A stretch of DNA of 63,733 nucleotides, filler included, from Octopus bimaculoides (taxonomy: Eukaryota): NCBI RefSeq assembly GCF_001194135.2. It is 5 parts of 5 records of this genome, joined end to end, with 100 filler letters (N's around TTAATTAATTAA, not from the genome) between each part and the next. Parts side by side here need not be neighbours in the genome. Positions count along the whole stretch, not along the records: positions 1 to 28,752 come from NC_068987.1; 4 more parts are not named here. One strand, 5' to 3'. Under the pieces are notes generated by a model. That model saw only the letters and a program-made list of their open reading frames with translations, ran no database searches and was not told the origin of the DNA. Position numbers and translations under genes: made by a program. Of this stretch, positions 11,236 to 25,133 are shown piece after piece (position 1 is the first letter of the stretch; the number at the start of each line of letters is the position of its first letter).

Positions 11236-12127
11236 GAACTCTCGTGATAATCCTCGACAATGCTTAGAACTTTCTTGATAAGCCTTGCTGTCCCTCAGTG
11301 ACAAACTTTCTGTAGGAGCTCTACTGGGCATTCCATTTCAATCTCTTTCAGCCATTTGTCTATATCTTTTGCTTAGTGTTCCCAACGCACCAATTATTTA
11401 GGCACAACCTTTACATTTTTCATACTCCAAATTCTTCCAATTTCAAGTTTTAAGGGATTGTATTTTTTTTTTGGTTTTCGTCCTCTTTCTTTACGATATT
11501 GGAATCAAATGAGCATGATGAGTCGATTAGTAAGCAACTTCGCTTTTCCTTATTTATAATTGTTTTGTCTGGTTTATTATTTTCCAAATTCTTATCCGTT
11601 TGAAAAATCCCACAAAATCTTACATTTCTCTGACTCCAGTACTCTTTCGACTCAATGATTGTACCATGTGTTTCCAGCATCAAATCCCTATTTCTGGCAC
11701 AGTTTTCTGTAAAACTGTTACAACCTGGTCGTGCCTCCATTTCTTATACTCTTCCTGTGCCAACTTGGGGCATTCTTCCACAATGTGTGCCACTGTTTCG
11801 TTCCAAGTTCTACAAGATCTACATTTTTCTGACACGTTCTCGCCATATATATTTTTTCTCAAGTTGTTTGCATTTATCGCTTAATTTTGGGTTACTACAA
11901 TTAGGCTCTCTGTTTCTTTTTTTTTTAACCAAGCCCAGAATTTTGTTCCACATACATCGTCAGCGGCTTTCCAATATTGGCCATGTAAACATTTCTCTTC
12001 AATCTGTCTGAGGTGCTCTCTTTCAATTTCATTCTTGTCCTTTTCCCCTATTACGCGCTTGACCATCTCTTCTTTATTTACTGTCTGTAGTAGTTTTTCT
12101 GTGCTATTCTAGGCTTTTCCTTCCCAG
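11236..12127 (-). mobile_element. 5'-truncated R4/Dong-like element (post-RT region, CCHC knuckle, RLE)
   Basis: EKCLHGQYW, KKETESLIV, KCRSCRTWNETVAHIVEECPKLAQEEYKKWRHDQV, NNKPDKTIINKEKRSCLLID. (TTA)n lies on both sides. Confidence 0.9.
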
Positions 12128-12144
12128 CATTATTATTATTATCA

Positions 12145-12211
<67 letters not shown>

Positions 12212-13198
12212 CATTATTATCATTATTATTGGATCTTTTTTAAAACGGGGGCCACATTTTTCATTAATGTTTTACGTAGTGTTTTTGGTACAGAAAGACT
12301 TTCAAACTTCGTATACTTATCTATTTTGTGTTATAGAACAGAAAAATATTTTTGTATTCGAATTTATTTCATGTAAAAAATTGTCTTATTTCGATAATTT
12401 CAACCAATCACTGACGTCCACTCAGCCGATATACATTAAATGCCGACTANNNNNNNNNNNNNNNNNNNNNNNNNNNNNNNNNNNNNNNNNNNNNNNNNNN
12501 NNNNNNNNNNNNNNNNNNNNNNNNNNNNNNNNNNNNNNNNNNNNNNNNNNNNNNNNNNNNNNNNNNNNNNNNNNNNNNNNNNNNNNNNNNNNNNNNNNNN
12601 NNNNNNNNNNNNNNNNNNNNNNNNNNNNNNNNNNNNNNNNNNNNNNNNNNNNNNNNNNNNNNNNNNNNNNNNNNNNNNNNNNNNNNNNNNNNNNNNNNNN
12701 NNNNNNNNNNNNNNNNNNNNNNNNNNNNNNNNNNNNNNNNNNNNNNNNNNNNNNNNNNNNNNNNNNNNNNNNNNNNNNNNNNNNNNNNNNNNNNNNNNNN
12801 NNNNNNNNNNNNNNNNNNNNNNNNNNNNNNNNNNNNNNNNNNNNNNNNNNNNNNNNNNNNNNNNNNNNNNNNNNNNNNNNNNNNNNNNNNNNNNNNNNNN
12901 NNNNNNNNNNNNNNNNNNNNNNNNNNNNNNNNNNNNNNNNNNNNNNNNNNNNNNNNNNNNNNNNNNNNNNNNNNNNNNNNNNNNNNNNNNNNNNNNNNNN
13001 NNNNNNNNNNNNNNNNNNNNNNNNNNNNNNNNNNNNNNNNNNNNNNNNNNNNNNNNNNNNNNNNNNNNNNNNNNNNNNNNNNNNNNNNNNNNNNNNNNNN
13101 NNNNNNNNNNNNNNNNNNNNNNNNNNNNNNNNNNNNNNNNNNNNNNNNNNNNNNNNNNNNNNNNNNNNNNNNNNNNNNNNNNNNNNNNNNNNNNNNNN

Positions 13199-13424
<226 letters not shown>

Positions 13425-13429
13425 GAAGG

Positions 13430-13650
13430 TTTGAAGCGGCGAGTTAGCCGAATCGTTAGTACGTTAAACGGAATCGTTAAACGTTCTGAGTTCAAATTTC
13501 GCCGAGGCTGACTTTGCCTTTCATCTTTTCTTGGTCGATAAAATAAGTACCAGTTATGTACTGGGGGTGGGGAGGGGTCGATGTAATAGACTCCCCCCCT
13601 CCACCACTCCCCAAATTTCAGGTCATGTGCCTTAAGTGGAAAGGATTATT
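13430..13650 (+). mobile_element. SINE family B copy
   Basis: GAGTTCAAATTTCGCCGAGG...GCCTTTCATC...GTCGATAAAATAAGTACCAG. Confidence 0.8.
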
Positions 13651-14699
13651 ATCAGAGGGTTTGTAGATTAGCTGAATCAGTAGAGCGGTGGTGTTGATCC
13701 GGCACACATGTGAGTAACTTTCGGCCAGCATTTCACCGAAGTATTAGAGGGAGATCGGAATTAGCGACGGTGAACTTTGCGATATGAAACTAATTACAAT
13801 GATTGATATATAGGTAATACTGTGTGAATGCACTAACGACAGGTTTCCCTAACTTGAAGATTTGCAGAACAAATTCAGTTAATTTATTCCTGATTTGTCT
13901 GCATCTGTCTTGAAACAGGGTTTCCTCTTATGTAAGCAGAGACGTGATATAATTACTGAGAAAGAATGTAAATAAGACATTGTTCAATATATAAGGCGTT
14001 GGTCAACCGGAAGTTGTGGTGGAGAACGTCGTCTCAAGGTTCCACCAAGTGGGATGAAACTCAGGACCACGCACATCAAGCCGGACAAACGGCTTGATAC
14101 CATTCGCTGTTTAATAAGATTTCTATTTTTTACTCGCTTCTTTTGTATGAATTGTGGTTCAAGTATCTACTGTGAATGTTTAGAGCTCTGAGAGTCCTCC
14201 TACTTGAACGGGACAATAAAGGAGTGGTTCACAATTTGACATTATTTATGCAGATGACGCGGTAGGAGCGAGCACTTAAATTTCGATATTGTTATAAATG
14301 ATAACAAAAAAAAACAGCAGCAGCAGCAGCAGCAAAATTATAAATGATAACACAACGTTTGGTATCGTATTATAGAATATTGAACGCTGCTCAAGTCCTT
14401 TCCAAGAGTCAATTTGATCAGATCTTTAATATTGTCTGTCTGCAAAAGGAAATTTAGTCTTTGAGATACAGTTTTGGCTATGCTCTGTATATGAGATGTC
14501 GACATGAATGACTCAGTGATTCTATGTCCTATGTATTAAATTTGAGGGGTTTAGTAGCTTGGTGTTCGTATATAGGGATTTTGTAGTGCCACAACTTTTT
14601 CATGATGTATACCTGTTGTTAAAAGAGATCGTTTGTAGGTTCCAGTTGAAGAATGTTGTTTTTAGATCTAAATTCAGGAAAGCCGTGCAGGTTTGGTGT

Positions 14700-15060
14700 C
14701 CATCCATCCATCCATCCATCCATCCATCCATCCATCCATCCATCCATTCACCTTCTCTACCCACTATTCGTGGGAGGGTCATGGGGGTAGAGTCCTCACG
14801 CACCTCTTCCATGGAGTCTTATCGGACGCAATCGCCATTACACTCTCCAGCTGGATTCCCAAGCATAACCAAATGAGACAATGGCTATTATCCAACATCT
14901 CATTGCTGGTCTAAGCCTAGGTCTTTTGTCAATTTGCTTGGCTTGAAGAATCCATCTTGCGCTCGATTCTTTTCTGCGACAGTCTTACTATATGTCTGCG
15001 ACCTCTAAATATGAAATAGCAGCTCAACCTGAAGAGACTCCCTGATCTTCGAGCTATGGA
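14700..15060 (-). mobile_element. RTE-clade (Expander/RTE-X-like) LINE 3' end with a (GGAT)n tail
   Basis: Minus translation ...[27 protein letters not shown]..., immediately followed by (ATGG)n at 14700-14745. Confidence 0.55.
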
Positions 15061-16482
15061 CCCTGTCAAGTAACGTTACTCCAGAGGTTGGTTTGGTGTG
15101 ACGTGTTTAATTTGTGTTCGTACAACTTTTGTGTATGAATGTTAAGGACGAAAAATGTGCTATCATCTGTATTTGTGTGCTTGTGTGTGCTTGTGTGTGT
15201 GTGTGTGTGTAGTCAGCAATAGCACAAGTACATCGTTAACGTACAGAAAAAAAAAGCGTTGACGGCAAAACAACAGCATTCTGAGCATCTCAACTGATAG
15301 AATATGTGCTGGACCCACAGCTCTCTTCAAAGTACAATGGGGCGCCAGATAAGAAACTGTTGATACACTAGATGAGAGGCAGACGACCTCATAAAATGAG
15401 CCACTTCGATGAGCGCTTTTAATGACGTTGTCTAAATATCAAATTAGAGTAGTTAATGTAAATGAAACAAGACATTTGAAAGAGTTTAACTCAAACCAAT
15501 ATTGGAATAATTATGTCTGGCGGAGAAGGCCAGCGAAAAGGATTTTGAAACTGAAATTAATTAAAAATGTGATCTAAATTTTGCTTTTCTTGACCCAGAT
15601 GTTATTACGATATTAATTAATTGATTAATTTTCGATAAGGATGCAAATTTGGTTAATATTTCTTGGTTCATAGCATAACATGAAACTGGCATCAAGTTAA
15701 CTAATTGCTTTTCACGCAGCGAGCATCTCATTACCGGATGTTAAAAACAACACTCCTCCCCCCCGCACACACACACGAACAAGAGAGGTATAGATAGAGT
15801 CTCCTTGGAGAAAATCCAAAAAGGAACGAGTAATTATCGCTAGACACGATAAAACTTCATAAGAGTCCTTAACGGACAGGACATATGACAACAACAACCA
15901 CAACAACAACAACAAATAACTCCCCACCACCACCACCACCACCAAAAAAATAGCCATAATAGTTGATTAACTTGAAAAACAAGATTATATCCTGCTTTTC
16001 ATGTTAATCAATTGTTAGCTGAAAAGTTTTTTGTTTGATGTATGATTTTTGCTTTCGTTATCTTGATTTATCTTAAACCTTGAAAGATTTTCAATAAAAT
16101 GCATTTTCTTTTAATATAAAAGCTTAGCAATTTTTATGGACAACCCGCTCCATCTTACACACATACACACACACACATGTCTACACCCACCCACGCACAG
16201 ACTCAACACCACACTCATGCATCTCTACACCCACACAGACCTACAGACACAAGCACACATATACACGCATACACACATCTACACACACTTGTAACCTAAC
16301 TACTTTATCTTATTTATCGATATCGTAGTCTCAGTAGATTTTTCCTCCCTCGTTATCTGCAATAACATATTGTGTATAAGCTACGTACCGACCGCTCTTC
16401 TATCTTCTGGCACAAATGGTATATTCCTCAGGATTCCAAACTTCTCCCGTAAATACTCAAACCCCAACACATAATTTGAAAT

Positions 16483-16703
16483 ATTCTTTTCTATTCTAGG
16501 CACAAGGCCCGAAAATTTTTGGGGAAGGGGGCCAGTTGGTTACAGTCGGACCCTAGTATGCAACTGGTAATTAATTTATCAATCCCGAAAGGATGAAAGG
16601 CAAAGTCGACCTCGGTGGAATTTGAACTCAGAACGAAAAGACAGAGGAAATACCGTTGAGCATTTCGCCCGCCGTGCTAACCACTCTGCCAGCTCACCGC
16701 CTT
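16483..16703 (-). mobile_element. SINE family B copy
   Basis: Reverse complement of the 34497-34710 consensus. Confidence 0.85.
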
Positions 16704-16742
16704 GAAATTTGAAATAACACCTCTTAGCTTAGTGTAAAGGTT

Positions 16743-16853
16743 GCGTGACCTAGTGGTTAGGGCGTTGCACTTGCGATCGAGGTTTCGAATCCCATACCGG
16801 GCAGTGTGTTGTGTTCTTGAGTGAAGCCCTTCATTTTATATTGCTTCAGTCCA
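16743..16853 (+). mobile_element. SINE family C head, cut by a gap
   Basis: GCGTGACCTAGTGGTTAGGG...GGTTTCGAATCCC...TGTGTTCTTGAG. Confidence 0.7.
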
Positions 16854-17419
16854 NNNNNNNNNNNNNNNNNNNNNNNNNNNNNNNNNNNNNNNNNNNNNNN
16901 NNNNNNNNNNNNNNNNNNNNNNNNNNNNNNNNNNNNNNNNNNNNNNNNNNNNNNNNNNNNNNNNNNNNNNNNNNNNNNNNNNNNNNNNNNNNNNNNNNNN
17001 NNNNNNNNNNNNNNNNNNNNNNNNNNNNNNNNNNNNNNNNNNNNNNNNNNNNNNNNNNNNNNNNNNNNNNNNNNNNNNNNNNNNNNNNNNNNNNNNNNNN
17101 NNNNNNNNNNNNNNNNNNNNNNNNNNNNNNNNNNNNNNNNNNNNNNNNNNNNNNNNNNNNNNNNNNNNNNNNNNNNNNNNNNNNNNNNNNNNNNNNNNNN
17201 NNNNNNNNNNNNNNNNNNNNNNNNNNNNNNNNNNNNNNNNNNNNNNNNNNNNNNNNNNNNNNNNNNNNNNNNNNNNNNNNNNNNNNNNNNNNNNNNNNNN
17301 NNNNNNNNNNNNNNNNNNNNNNNNNNNNNNNNNNNNNNNNNNNNNNNNNNNNNNNNNNNNNNNNNNNNNNNNNNNNNNNNNNNNNNNNNNNNNNNNNNNN
17401 NNNNNNNTGTACGTAGTTG

Positions 17420-17615
17420 TATGTCTGTTTTTGTTCCCCTACAATTGCTTGACAACCGATGTTGGTGTGTTTACGTCCCCGTAACTTAACAGTTCGGCAA
17501 AAGAGAACGATAGAGTAAATACTAGGTTTACAAAGTCGTGGGGTCGATTTATTTGCCTAAAGGCAGTGATCCACCATGGCCGCAGTCAAAATGACTGAAG
17601 CGAGTAAAGGCAAAA
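17420..17615 (+). mobile_element. SINE family A, 3' module
   Basis: Matches ~26570-26770. Confidence 0.85.
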
Positions 17616-18899
17616 GAATAACCAATAGCACAATCCGTGCAACTGTCTTAATACCAACAGTTGTCCTTTTGAATCTAAGGATATCGTATGACAATGTTTG
17701 GTAACTTCGCTGCAGCTAACGCCTGTATGACTTCAAACCCATTTAAATAAAATTTTTATCTACACACGCATTCCTCTGGGAATCCTTGTAGAAACAATTA
17801 AATTCTTTGGCTTCATACATTTGGCAGTTAAAGGAAAATTAAATATTATCGCATTTTAAATGGAGTAAACTGTCTGAAACAGGAGTTTCAAACACGTTTG
17901 CTATGATGGACCAAATATAACACGAATACAAAGTATACGAGCTAAATAATATAGGTATGAGCGATTTGCTATCGTTTATTAGGTAACTATTATAAAAGTA
18001 CGAAATGTGGATTTATTCTACGCTCGCGGCTGGATGAAGCTCTTAAAACAGATAAGCAAGAAAAATCAAGCCTATATCTCCATATGCATGTGTGTATCCG
18101 TTAGTATGTTATGGTTTTATGGTTTCTGTTATTTTATTCATTAAACACTTCCCATTCTTATTTCATAGCATTTAGCAATGCCACCACCGCTGCTGGACGT
18201 GTTTCGTCTGCTGCTGATATATTTTTGAGTTTTTAACTCAAAAGAGATCCTATCTCGGGACAAATACCACATTTAATTAGGCATCTGACAATATATCTGC
18301 ATTAAATACGATACACAGGTTGCTATTTTATTTCCTGATAGTTTCTCACATTCATTAATGTTAAAGGTTGTAAATTTGTCAACACGGTCTCCGCATGTTT
18401 TTCTTCGTTTGCTCTCGCCTGTCTGTTATCGTTGTTCAGTTTTTCTTTGCTTGAATTTTTATTTCGTTACCATTTTAACCAGTTTCTTTCACGTTGCATC
18501 TTTACTTCGTTTTAATTCGACTTCTAATGAATATAACGAAACCATTTAATCATTTTGAAAATATTCTTCCGAGCAAGTTAGATTAAAAACACGACCATAT
18601 TCAATTTAAATTTTCTTTTATTAACGATTTTTCATATTTCTTTATTTGTCTTTTATTTTTGATTTGTATCAATAACTTTCCTCTGTCCATAGGCTGACAT
18701 TTCGGGACCTTTACAAACTCATGTTAAAATTTCATTGTTGTTTTTAGTGCGTAGTCCACGCGTTCTACCGTAAATCACAAAGGGTCTTGGAGACAATTTT
18801 ATTACTCATAAAATGCTCAACGTCGATTTAAAATATTTAATGGTAAATCCTGACCGATTTCGTGATATTATGGTATACTTTTTACTTGTGATATTTCTG

Positions 18900-19310
18900 C
18901 TGGTTTAATTTAGATTTGCATATCATTACTGGTAGAACTGGTATTATTATTTTTAGTAAAAGTTCCATAATTATTTCTGTCCTTCTTGTGGAATTCGATA
19001 TAAAATCGTCGTTTTGCTAGTTTTTCTATCCAGTTTTATTTTGTGACCTTTATTATAATGAGCTGATCTAGCTCTTTGTTGTAAATCGACGAGAAAGTGG
19101 CATATTTGTGTATCTGGTTTAATTCTTTGTGACACGAAGTTTAAAATTTTCGTGTTTACATTGTAATTTATATAATACATTTGTTTTCTGAAGTACATTC
19201 TGTGGTTTGTTAGTCTGTGGCTTCGTGTAATTCCATAAACAATGAGAACAACGGGTATGGAAGCTTTACTAATAGTGAAATCCAAACCGAAATTAAGCAC
19301 ACAATATTTA
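18900..19310 (-). mobile_element. Possible highly decayed Penelope-like N-terminal/RT region
   Basis: Only the LNFGLDFTI motif, similar to the PLE 'L-KGL-F' motif, is recognisable. Confidence 0.25.
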
Positions 19311-21954
19311 AAGAATCAAACTTAAAAAGCTGAGAGAAAAGGAACTTAAGTATTACTAACCCTTTTGGACATTACGGAACTACTGGTAAATACCCAATTT
19401 ACTGGTAAGTAGTTGATGATGGGTGGATATTCAAGATGAATAAATGCATTTCTAGTTTATCTAATTTTCCATATTAATCCAAACATAAAGTGAAAGTTTA
19501 TGTTTTTTAAAGGAAGTTGGAATAAAATATCGAAAATTCCAAAAAGGAAAATGTTTTTTTCAATACTCTATAACTAATTAATCCACTATGGCAAAACCAA
19601 CAATAAAAACGGCTACGATAAGTTGAATCACTCTAATAATCGTACTGGAGTAGGTACAGCTATAAATATTATGAACTCTGGTCAAGACGTGACAAAAACT
19701 TAGCAAAGCAATTACGATGAACACGGACTTATATTAATGTAATAAAGACTCGCAAGAAAGATAAATTAACAGGAATATGAAGCATTAAAACCAACTTAAG
19801 GACAATACACTAAGAACATAAAAGGGTTTTTTTAATCCTTTAGAATGAATATAGTTCAATAAGATATTGATGTACGAGATTATTAGGCTCACGGACAAAT
19901 TTACTGGCTTACATTCCATTACAAGAAATCGAAATAACTACATGGGTAGAAATGGCAGTTAATATCTCCAAAGAATTAGATTCATAACATCTATAAAACA
20001 TGTCAACATATTGTTTATCCCGCCGAGAATGAGAATTTGAGGTCAGATTCTTTCAGATTCTTGAATACAGCATTCAAAAATCGTCAGCAATATGATACTT
20101 ATAACGTGTGGAGTGACATTAATGCCTAAGACTACTCTAACATTTTGCCTGTTCCATGTATCACATGTGATTCAGCGACATATTTCTCTGGTGCCTATGC
20201 ACCATATATGGTACACATTCCAAATTGTATTTTTTCAACCACAAGAGTAATTTGAGACTTGTAAAAGAAAGCTTTATATAACTTAGAACATATGAAACAA
20301 TGACGAACTAAAACTCTAAAAAACAAACATGGACATTTAGGACAAACTTATTAAGTGTTGAACGAAGTGTTGTTGCTGTTGATGTCGTTGTTGCATAGAT
20401 GTTATATTTTTTTAGACAACATACAACAGTGTACTTCAATATTTTGGCAGACTAGTCGAAGATTTTGGAATTTCGAAGTTGCACACGTTTAACGAATGAT
20501 CTGATTTGAGAATATTTTGAAACCAAAGGAACTACAGCGTCCAAGATAAATTTTAGCCATTCAAAAACATACAGAAAATGTGCAATCGCGTCAGTGACCA
20601 GGTGGCAGACAGTATGACGAAAATTTTGACATCAAGTGACAACTGATTAAGTGAAGTTAACAATTTCGATGCTGTTTTGTTAATGGGTGAAATAACTCTT
20701 ACACGATGTAATAACTTACACTGAACTAATAAAAAGAATAAGAGAAGATTAGTTGCATAAACACCATAGAAAAACATACACATAAAAATCCACCTTATAT
20801 ATATATATATNNNNNNNNNNNNNNNNNNNNNNNNNNNNNNNNNNNNNNNNNNNNNNNNNNNNNNNNNNNNNNNNNNNNNNNNNNNNNNNNNNNNNNNNNN
20901 NNNNNNNNNNNNNNNNNNNNNNNNNNNNNNNNNNNNNNNNNNNNNNNNNNNNNNNNNNNNNNNNNNNNNNNNNNNNNNNNNNNNNNNNNNNNNNNNNNNN
21001 NNNNNNNNNNNNNNNNNNNNNNNNNNNNNNNNNNNNNNNNNNNNNNNNNNNNNNNNNNNNNNNNNNNNNNNNNNNNNNNNNNNNNNNNNNNNNNNNNNNN
21101 NNNNNNNNNNNNNNNNNNNNNNNNNNNNNNNNNNNNNNNNNNNNNNNNNNNNNNNNNNNNNNNNNNNNNNNNNNNNNNNNNNNNNNNNNNNNNNNNNNNN
21201 NNNNNNNNNNNNNNNNNNNNNNNNNNNNNNNNNNNNNNNNNNNNNNNNNNNNNNNNNNNNNNNNNNNNNNNNNNNNNNNNNNNNNNNNNNNNNNNNNNNN
21301 NNNNNNNNNNNNNNNNNNNNNNNNNNNNNNNNNNNNNNNNNNNNNNNNNNNNNNNNNNNNNNNNNNNNNNNNNNNNNNNNNNNNNNNNNNNNNNNNNNNN
21401 NNNNNNNNNNNNNNNNNNNNNNNNNNNNNNNNNNNNNNNNNNNNNNNNNNNNNNNNNNNNNNNNNNNNNNNNNNNNNNNNNNNNNNNNNNNNNNNNNNNN
21501 NNNNNNNNNNNNNNNNNNNNNNNNNNNNNNNNNNNNNNNNNNNNNNNNNNNNNNNNNNNNNNNNNNNNNNNNNNNNNNNNNNNNNNNNNNNNNNNNNNNN
21601 NNNNNNNNNNNNNNNNNNNNNNNNNNNNNNNNNNNNNNNNNNNNNNNNNNNNNNNNNNNNNNNNNNNNNNNNNNNNNNNNNNNNNNNNNNNNNNNNNNNN
21701 CATTAACTTCCGTTACATTTAACTTCCGTAACATTTAACTTCCGTTATCTCAAGTCCGCTAACCTAAAAATTTCGTAAAATCTGGTAAACTTTAAAAAGT
21801 TTCCATTATTTTCACATTGTCTTAGCATATTTAATATTCTACGCGTCATTCTTTCAGCCTTTTTTTAGGGTCTTTAGAATTTAAAACCATAAAATCAGCA
21901 TTTTTTTTATCTCTAAAGCAACAAAAAAAAAAAAAGAAACTAAAATTTTGGGAT

Positions 21955-22485
21955 TCCAAAGCTCTTATGAAGGGAGTCACATTGGATTGTAAAATCCCAC
22001 TGTATCTTATGTTCCTTGTTCTCAGTGACTTCTGGCTCATGTTCATACCATTTCCGTGCTCTGTTCAGGCTGTGCTTTTCACACAGCCTCCAGTGGACGA
22101 ACTTAGTCACGTTGTCGTGCCTCCTTTTGTACAGCTTTTGTCCCAGCTTGCTACACTCACTCACAATATGTGACTTGCTTCCTTTCTGCTGCCACACATT
22201 CTACAAAGGAGCGATTCGCTACTCTTATCTATTTGGAACTTGGTGTAATTAGTTCTCAGAGCATGTTCCTGGGCACTGCATATCAATGCCTCAGTGCATC
22301 CTTTCAGATCACATTTTCTTAGCCATTTCCAAGTATTGATCTTGTCTTTTCCTTCGATTTCTCTGAGGTGTTGCCCATGCAGTGGTTTCATTTTCCCGTC
22401 ATTTACTCTTTCTTTTTCATCTTGTTTCTTAAATGTTTGTGGTTGAATCACATTTTCGGTAAGTATTATATTGTTAATTCTAAAG
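21955..22485 (-). mobile_element. R4/Dong-like internal fragment
   Basis: KPLHGQHLREIEGKDKINTWKWLRKCDLKGCTEALICSAQEHALRTNY...CRMCG, HIVSECSKLGQKLYKRRHDNVTKFVHW, WDFTIQCD. (TTA)/(TTG)n lies at the 5' side. Confidence 0.9.
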
Positions 22486-22699
22486 CTGTTATTATTATTA
22501 TTGTTGTTGTTGTTGTTTTTGTTGTTATCGGCTCCATAGTGATCGGGTGACTTGAAGCTTCGTAAGTTTTAAGAAGTTGATTAATCATTTCTGGTGATTA
22601 AAACCCGTTCAATCATTTATTTTGTGATAACATTGTTCTTACCATTATGCATCAGCGAAGAAGAATCTCGAGGGATGGCAACAATAACATCTACCTCAC

Positions 22700-23200
22700 A
22701 GACTTTCATAATGATTCCCTTTTAAACGAATAGGAGGATGACTCAAATCCGATTCAAAAACGGTTCATCGAGATCCGGCAGAAGTTTTAGTCATTCGGGA
22801 GGAACATGAGGAGAATTTGGAGGCGAAATTCCCCTGGAGGGAGTCAGTTGTATTCCAGATCTTTTCTGTTTCGGGGAAAGCGAGCAGTTGATAGTGATAA
22901 TAGAGGGCAAAAAACCCAAATGTTTTGTCTGGGTGAACTCAAACTGCTTAAATATTTTTACCCGGCAGTGGAGAAAGCACCACACCCTCCACCGTTATGA
23001 CCAGCTTCGGGGAAAGAATCCCTTCCTCATACAGTTAGTGAAGAGCACTAAAACAAATATACACCTCTTTCCTCTGACTCAAGCCACACGAAATCAGAAG
23101 AGATGATGGTCTGATGAAATCACCTCAAGAAGCGTTTGTCAAACAAAAAGACGCCGCCCCAGATTGAAGGTGACGAGACACGAGTGAAAAATAGAAAATC
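22700..23200 (+). mobile_element. L1/Tx1-type ORF1 C-terminal remnant
   Basis: IVIIEGKKPKCFV resembles the knuckle-proximal ORF1 motif, and it lies upstream of an APE remnant. Confidence 0.45.
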
Positions 23201-23475
23201 CGTCACAAAATCACACATTAAAAACATCAACACCAACGCCATCATTACAACAAGGAAACCAAGTTTTACAAGCGTTTTCATAACCACAAATTAATTTTTA
23301 AAACAAACACGCGAACATCAACATGACAAACAGTCACAGCCTCATGCGCATACATCCGTTATCACCAACTTCACTGTTATTCAGAAAGAGCAACGTTGAA
23401 TTGCGAAAGTAATTAACAACAAATTCATTCTGACAAGTGGAAAGGCTTTCGTTGAACACCTCCCGAAAACATGAC

Positions 23476-23904
23476 CAGGGCTGGATTAAGACTCATGGAG
23501 ACCCTAAACAATTAAAAGATTTTCGTGTCCCCATATATATGTAATTCACAATATAAACAATAATAAACTACAAAATAAATTTTTATTTTTCAAAATAAAA
23601 ACTGACAATAAGATGGAAAATATAATGTTTATTTTTGTATACTTTCACTTTATATTTGAAAATTTTTCTCCTATTTTTTTTTTAATTGCAAAGTTCTTGA
23701 TCAGATCCACATTATGACATCATGAGCACTTTAAAATTATATTTCCGATTATATAAATCACTTCGAATATTATATAAGCAAGTTTAAATATTATCTTAGC
23801 AAGTTTCTTTTGTGCCGTAAACCATTTACCATTTCTGTGGTGCTTCCCACCTCTCTTGATGCCCTAAGCACGTGCCATTCTTGCTTCAAGTTAATCCAGC
23901 GCTG
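23476..23904. mobile_element. MITE, hAT-like termini
   Basis: Left end CAGGGCTGGATTAA and right end TTAATCCAGCGCTG form a 14-bp inverted repeat with 1 mismatch. The interior is AT-rich, and no TSD is visible. Confidence 0.65.
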
Positions 23905-23929
23905 ATTTTAGCTTAAAAAGACAATTTCC

Positions 23930-24700
23930 CCAGGGCATCGGAAGGTTTACAAGGATTTCTTATCTTGTGGTCTGTCGGGTTTAAGGGTGGTGGAGTGGCG
24001 GTGCTGTTCCGGAAATCCTTGAACCTTGACATATGAGCAATGTTCCTGGACCCGAGTAGTAGGTTGGTAGTCCTGGACATGAATGAAAGGGGAGCTGGTG
24101 CCATCAGAATGGTGGCCATCTATGACCCGACAGCAGGTCGGCTTGATTTCTTTAGGTGTCTAGAATCTTTCCTCAGAAAGTCTCGCTCTTTAGTAGTTGT
24201 ATAGGAGGACTTGAACTTTGGATGCACGGAACCATTGTGTGGGTTTAATACACATCAAAAGTGGGTACAAAAGCCTCGAAAACCTTCTCAAAAACTTACA
24301 ACTAGCTGATAGGTACCAACTGAATTCCCTCATTGTGCCAATTTGGACATGGAACAATCACAGCGGGTCATCCACATGTTATCTTGATAAAGTATTTGTT
24401 AGGTCTGTGGGTATGTCCTCAGTTTAAACTGATCGGCCACACAGACCACAAATTTACGATCTTCTCAGTCGATTTAGATAGGATCCGTAGACGGAGACCC
24501 GGTCACTGGAAGTTAAACGCATCCAGACAGGTACAGAACGACTACAGAAACCGAATTAGTGAACTAGTTAAGCAGCAGTTGATAGGGACGCAAACAACCA
24601 GTCGTGGGACGCCCTGAAAAGAGTGATTAGAATCGATGTGTTTAGCAAAGAGCTAGCAATAGAAAGAAACAGATTAGAGAAAGAACTAGTTTGTAACCTA
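23930..24700 (+). mobile_element. L1/Tx1-clade AP-endonuclease (ORF2 N-terminus) remnant
   Basis: GGVAVLFRKSL..., RMVAIYDPT, VVV*EDLNF, WTWNNHSGSSTCYLDKVFV, HTDHK, PGHWKLNAS. Stops and frameshifts are present. Confidence 0.85.
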
Positions 24701-24714
24701 CGTGTTACTAACCG

Positions 24715-24885
24715 GATAAAATGATTAGCGGCATTTCGTCCGTCTTTCCGTTCCGAGTTTAATTGCCCTCGAGGTCGACTTTGCTTTCATTCTTTCGCGA
24801 TCGATGAAATAAATACCAGTCAAGCATTAGGGTCGATGTAATCGACCAACTCCCTTCCCCCAAATTTTAAGCTTTGTGCCTATAT
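24715..24885 (+). mobile_element. SINE family B copy (diverged)
   Basis: GAGGTCGACTTTGCTTTCATTCTTTCG...GGGTCGATGTAATCGAC. Confidence 0.75.
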
Positions 24886-24894
24886 TATTATTAC

Positions 24895-24942
<48 letters not shown>

Positions 24943-24983
24943 CATCATTATCATTATTATTATCATTATTATTATTATTATTT

Positions 24984-25064
24984 TATGTTTGACTTTTGCT
25001 TTGCATTTGTACAAGTTGGATCCAAGTCTCACCCAGAGACCTCAAGAGACAACAAGTTAGAAGT

Positions 25065-25066
<2 letters not shown>
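24984..25066 (-). mobile_element. Ultra-short R4/Dong-like 3'UTR tip between (TTA)n arrays
   Basis: It shares the GTCTC-TGGGT-GAGAC hairpin with the 3'UTR at 25140-25200 and ends in AAAATAATAAT on the minus strand. Confidence 0.55.
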
Positions 25067-25132
<66 letters not shown>

Positions 25133-25133
25133 T

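Noticed and set aside
21701-21748. Three 16-bp tandem units (ACATTTAACTTCCGTT) beside a gap, superficially like CRISPR repeats
   Set aside because: There are no spacers. It is a plain minisatellite in a eukaryotic context.
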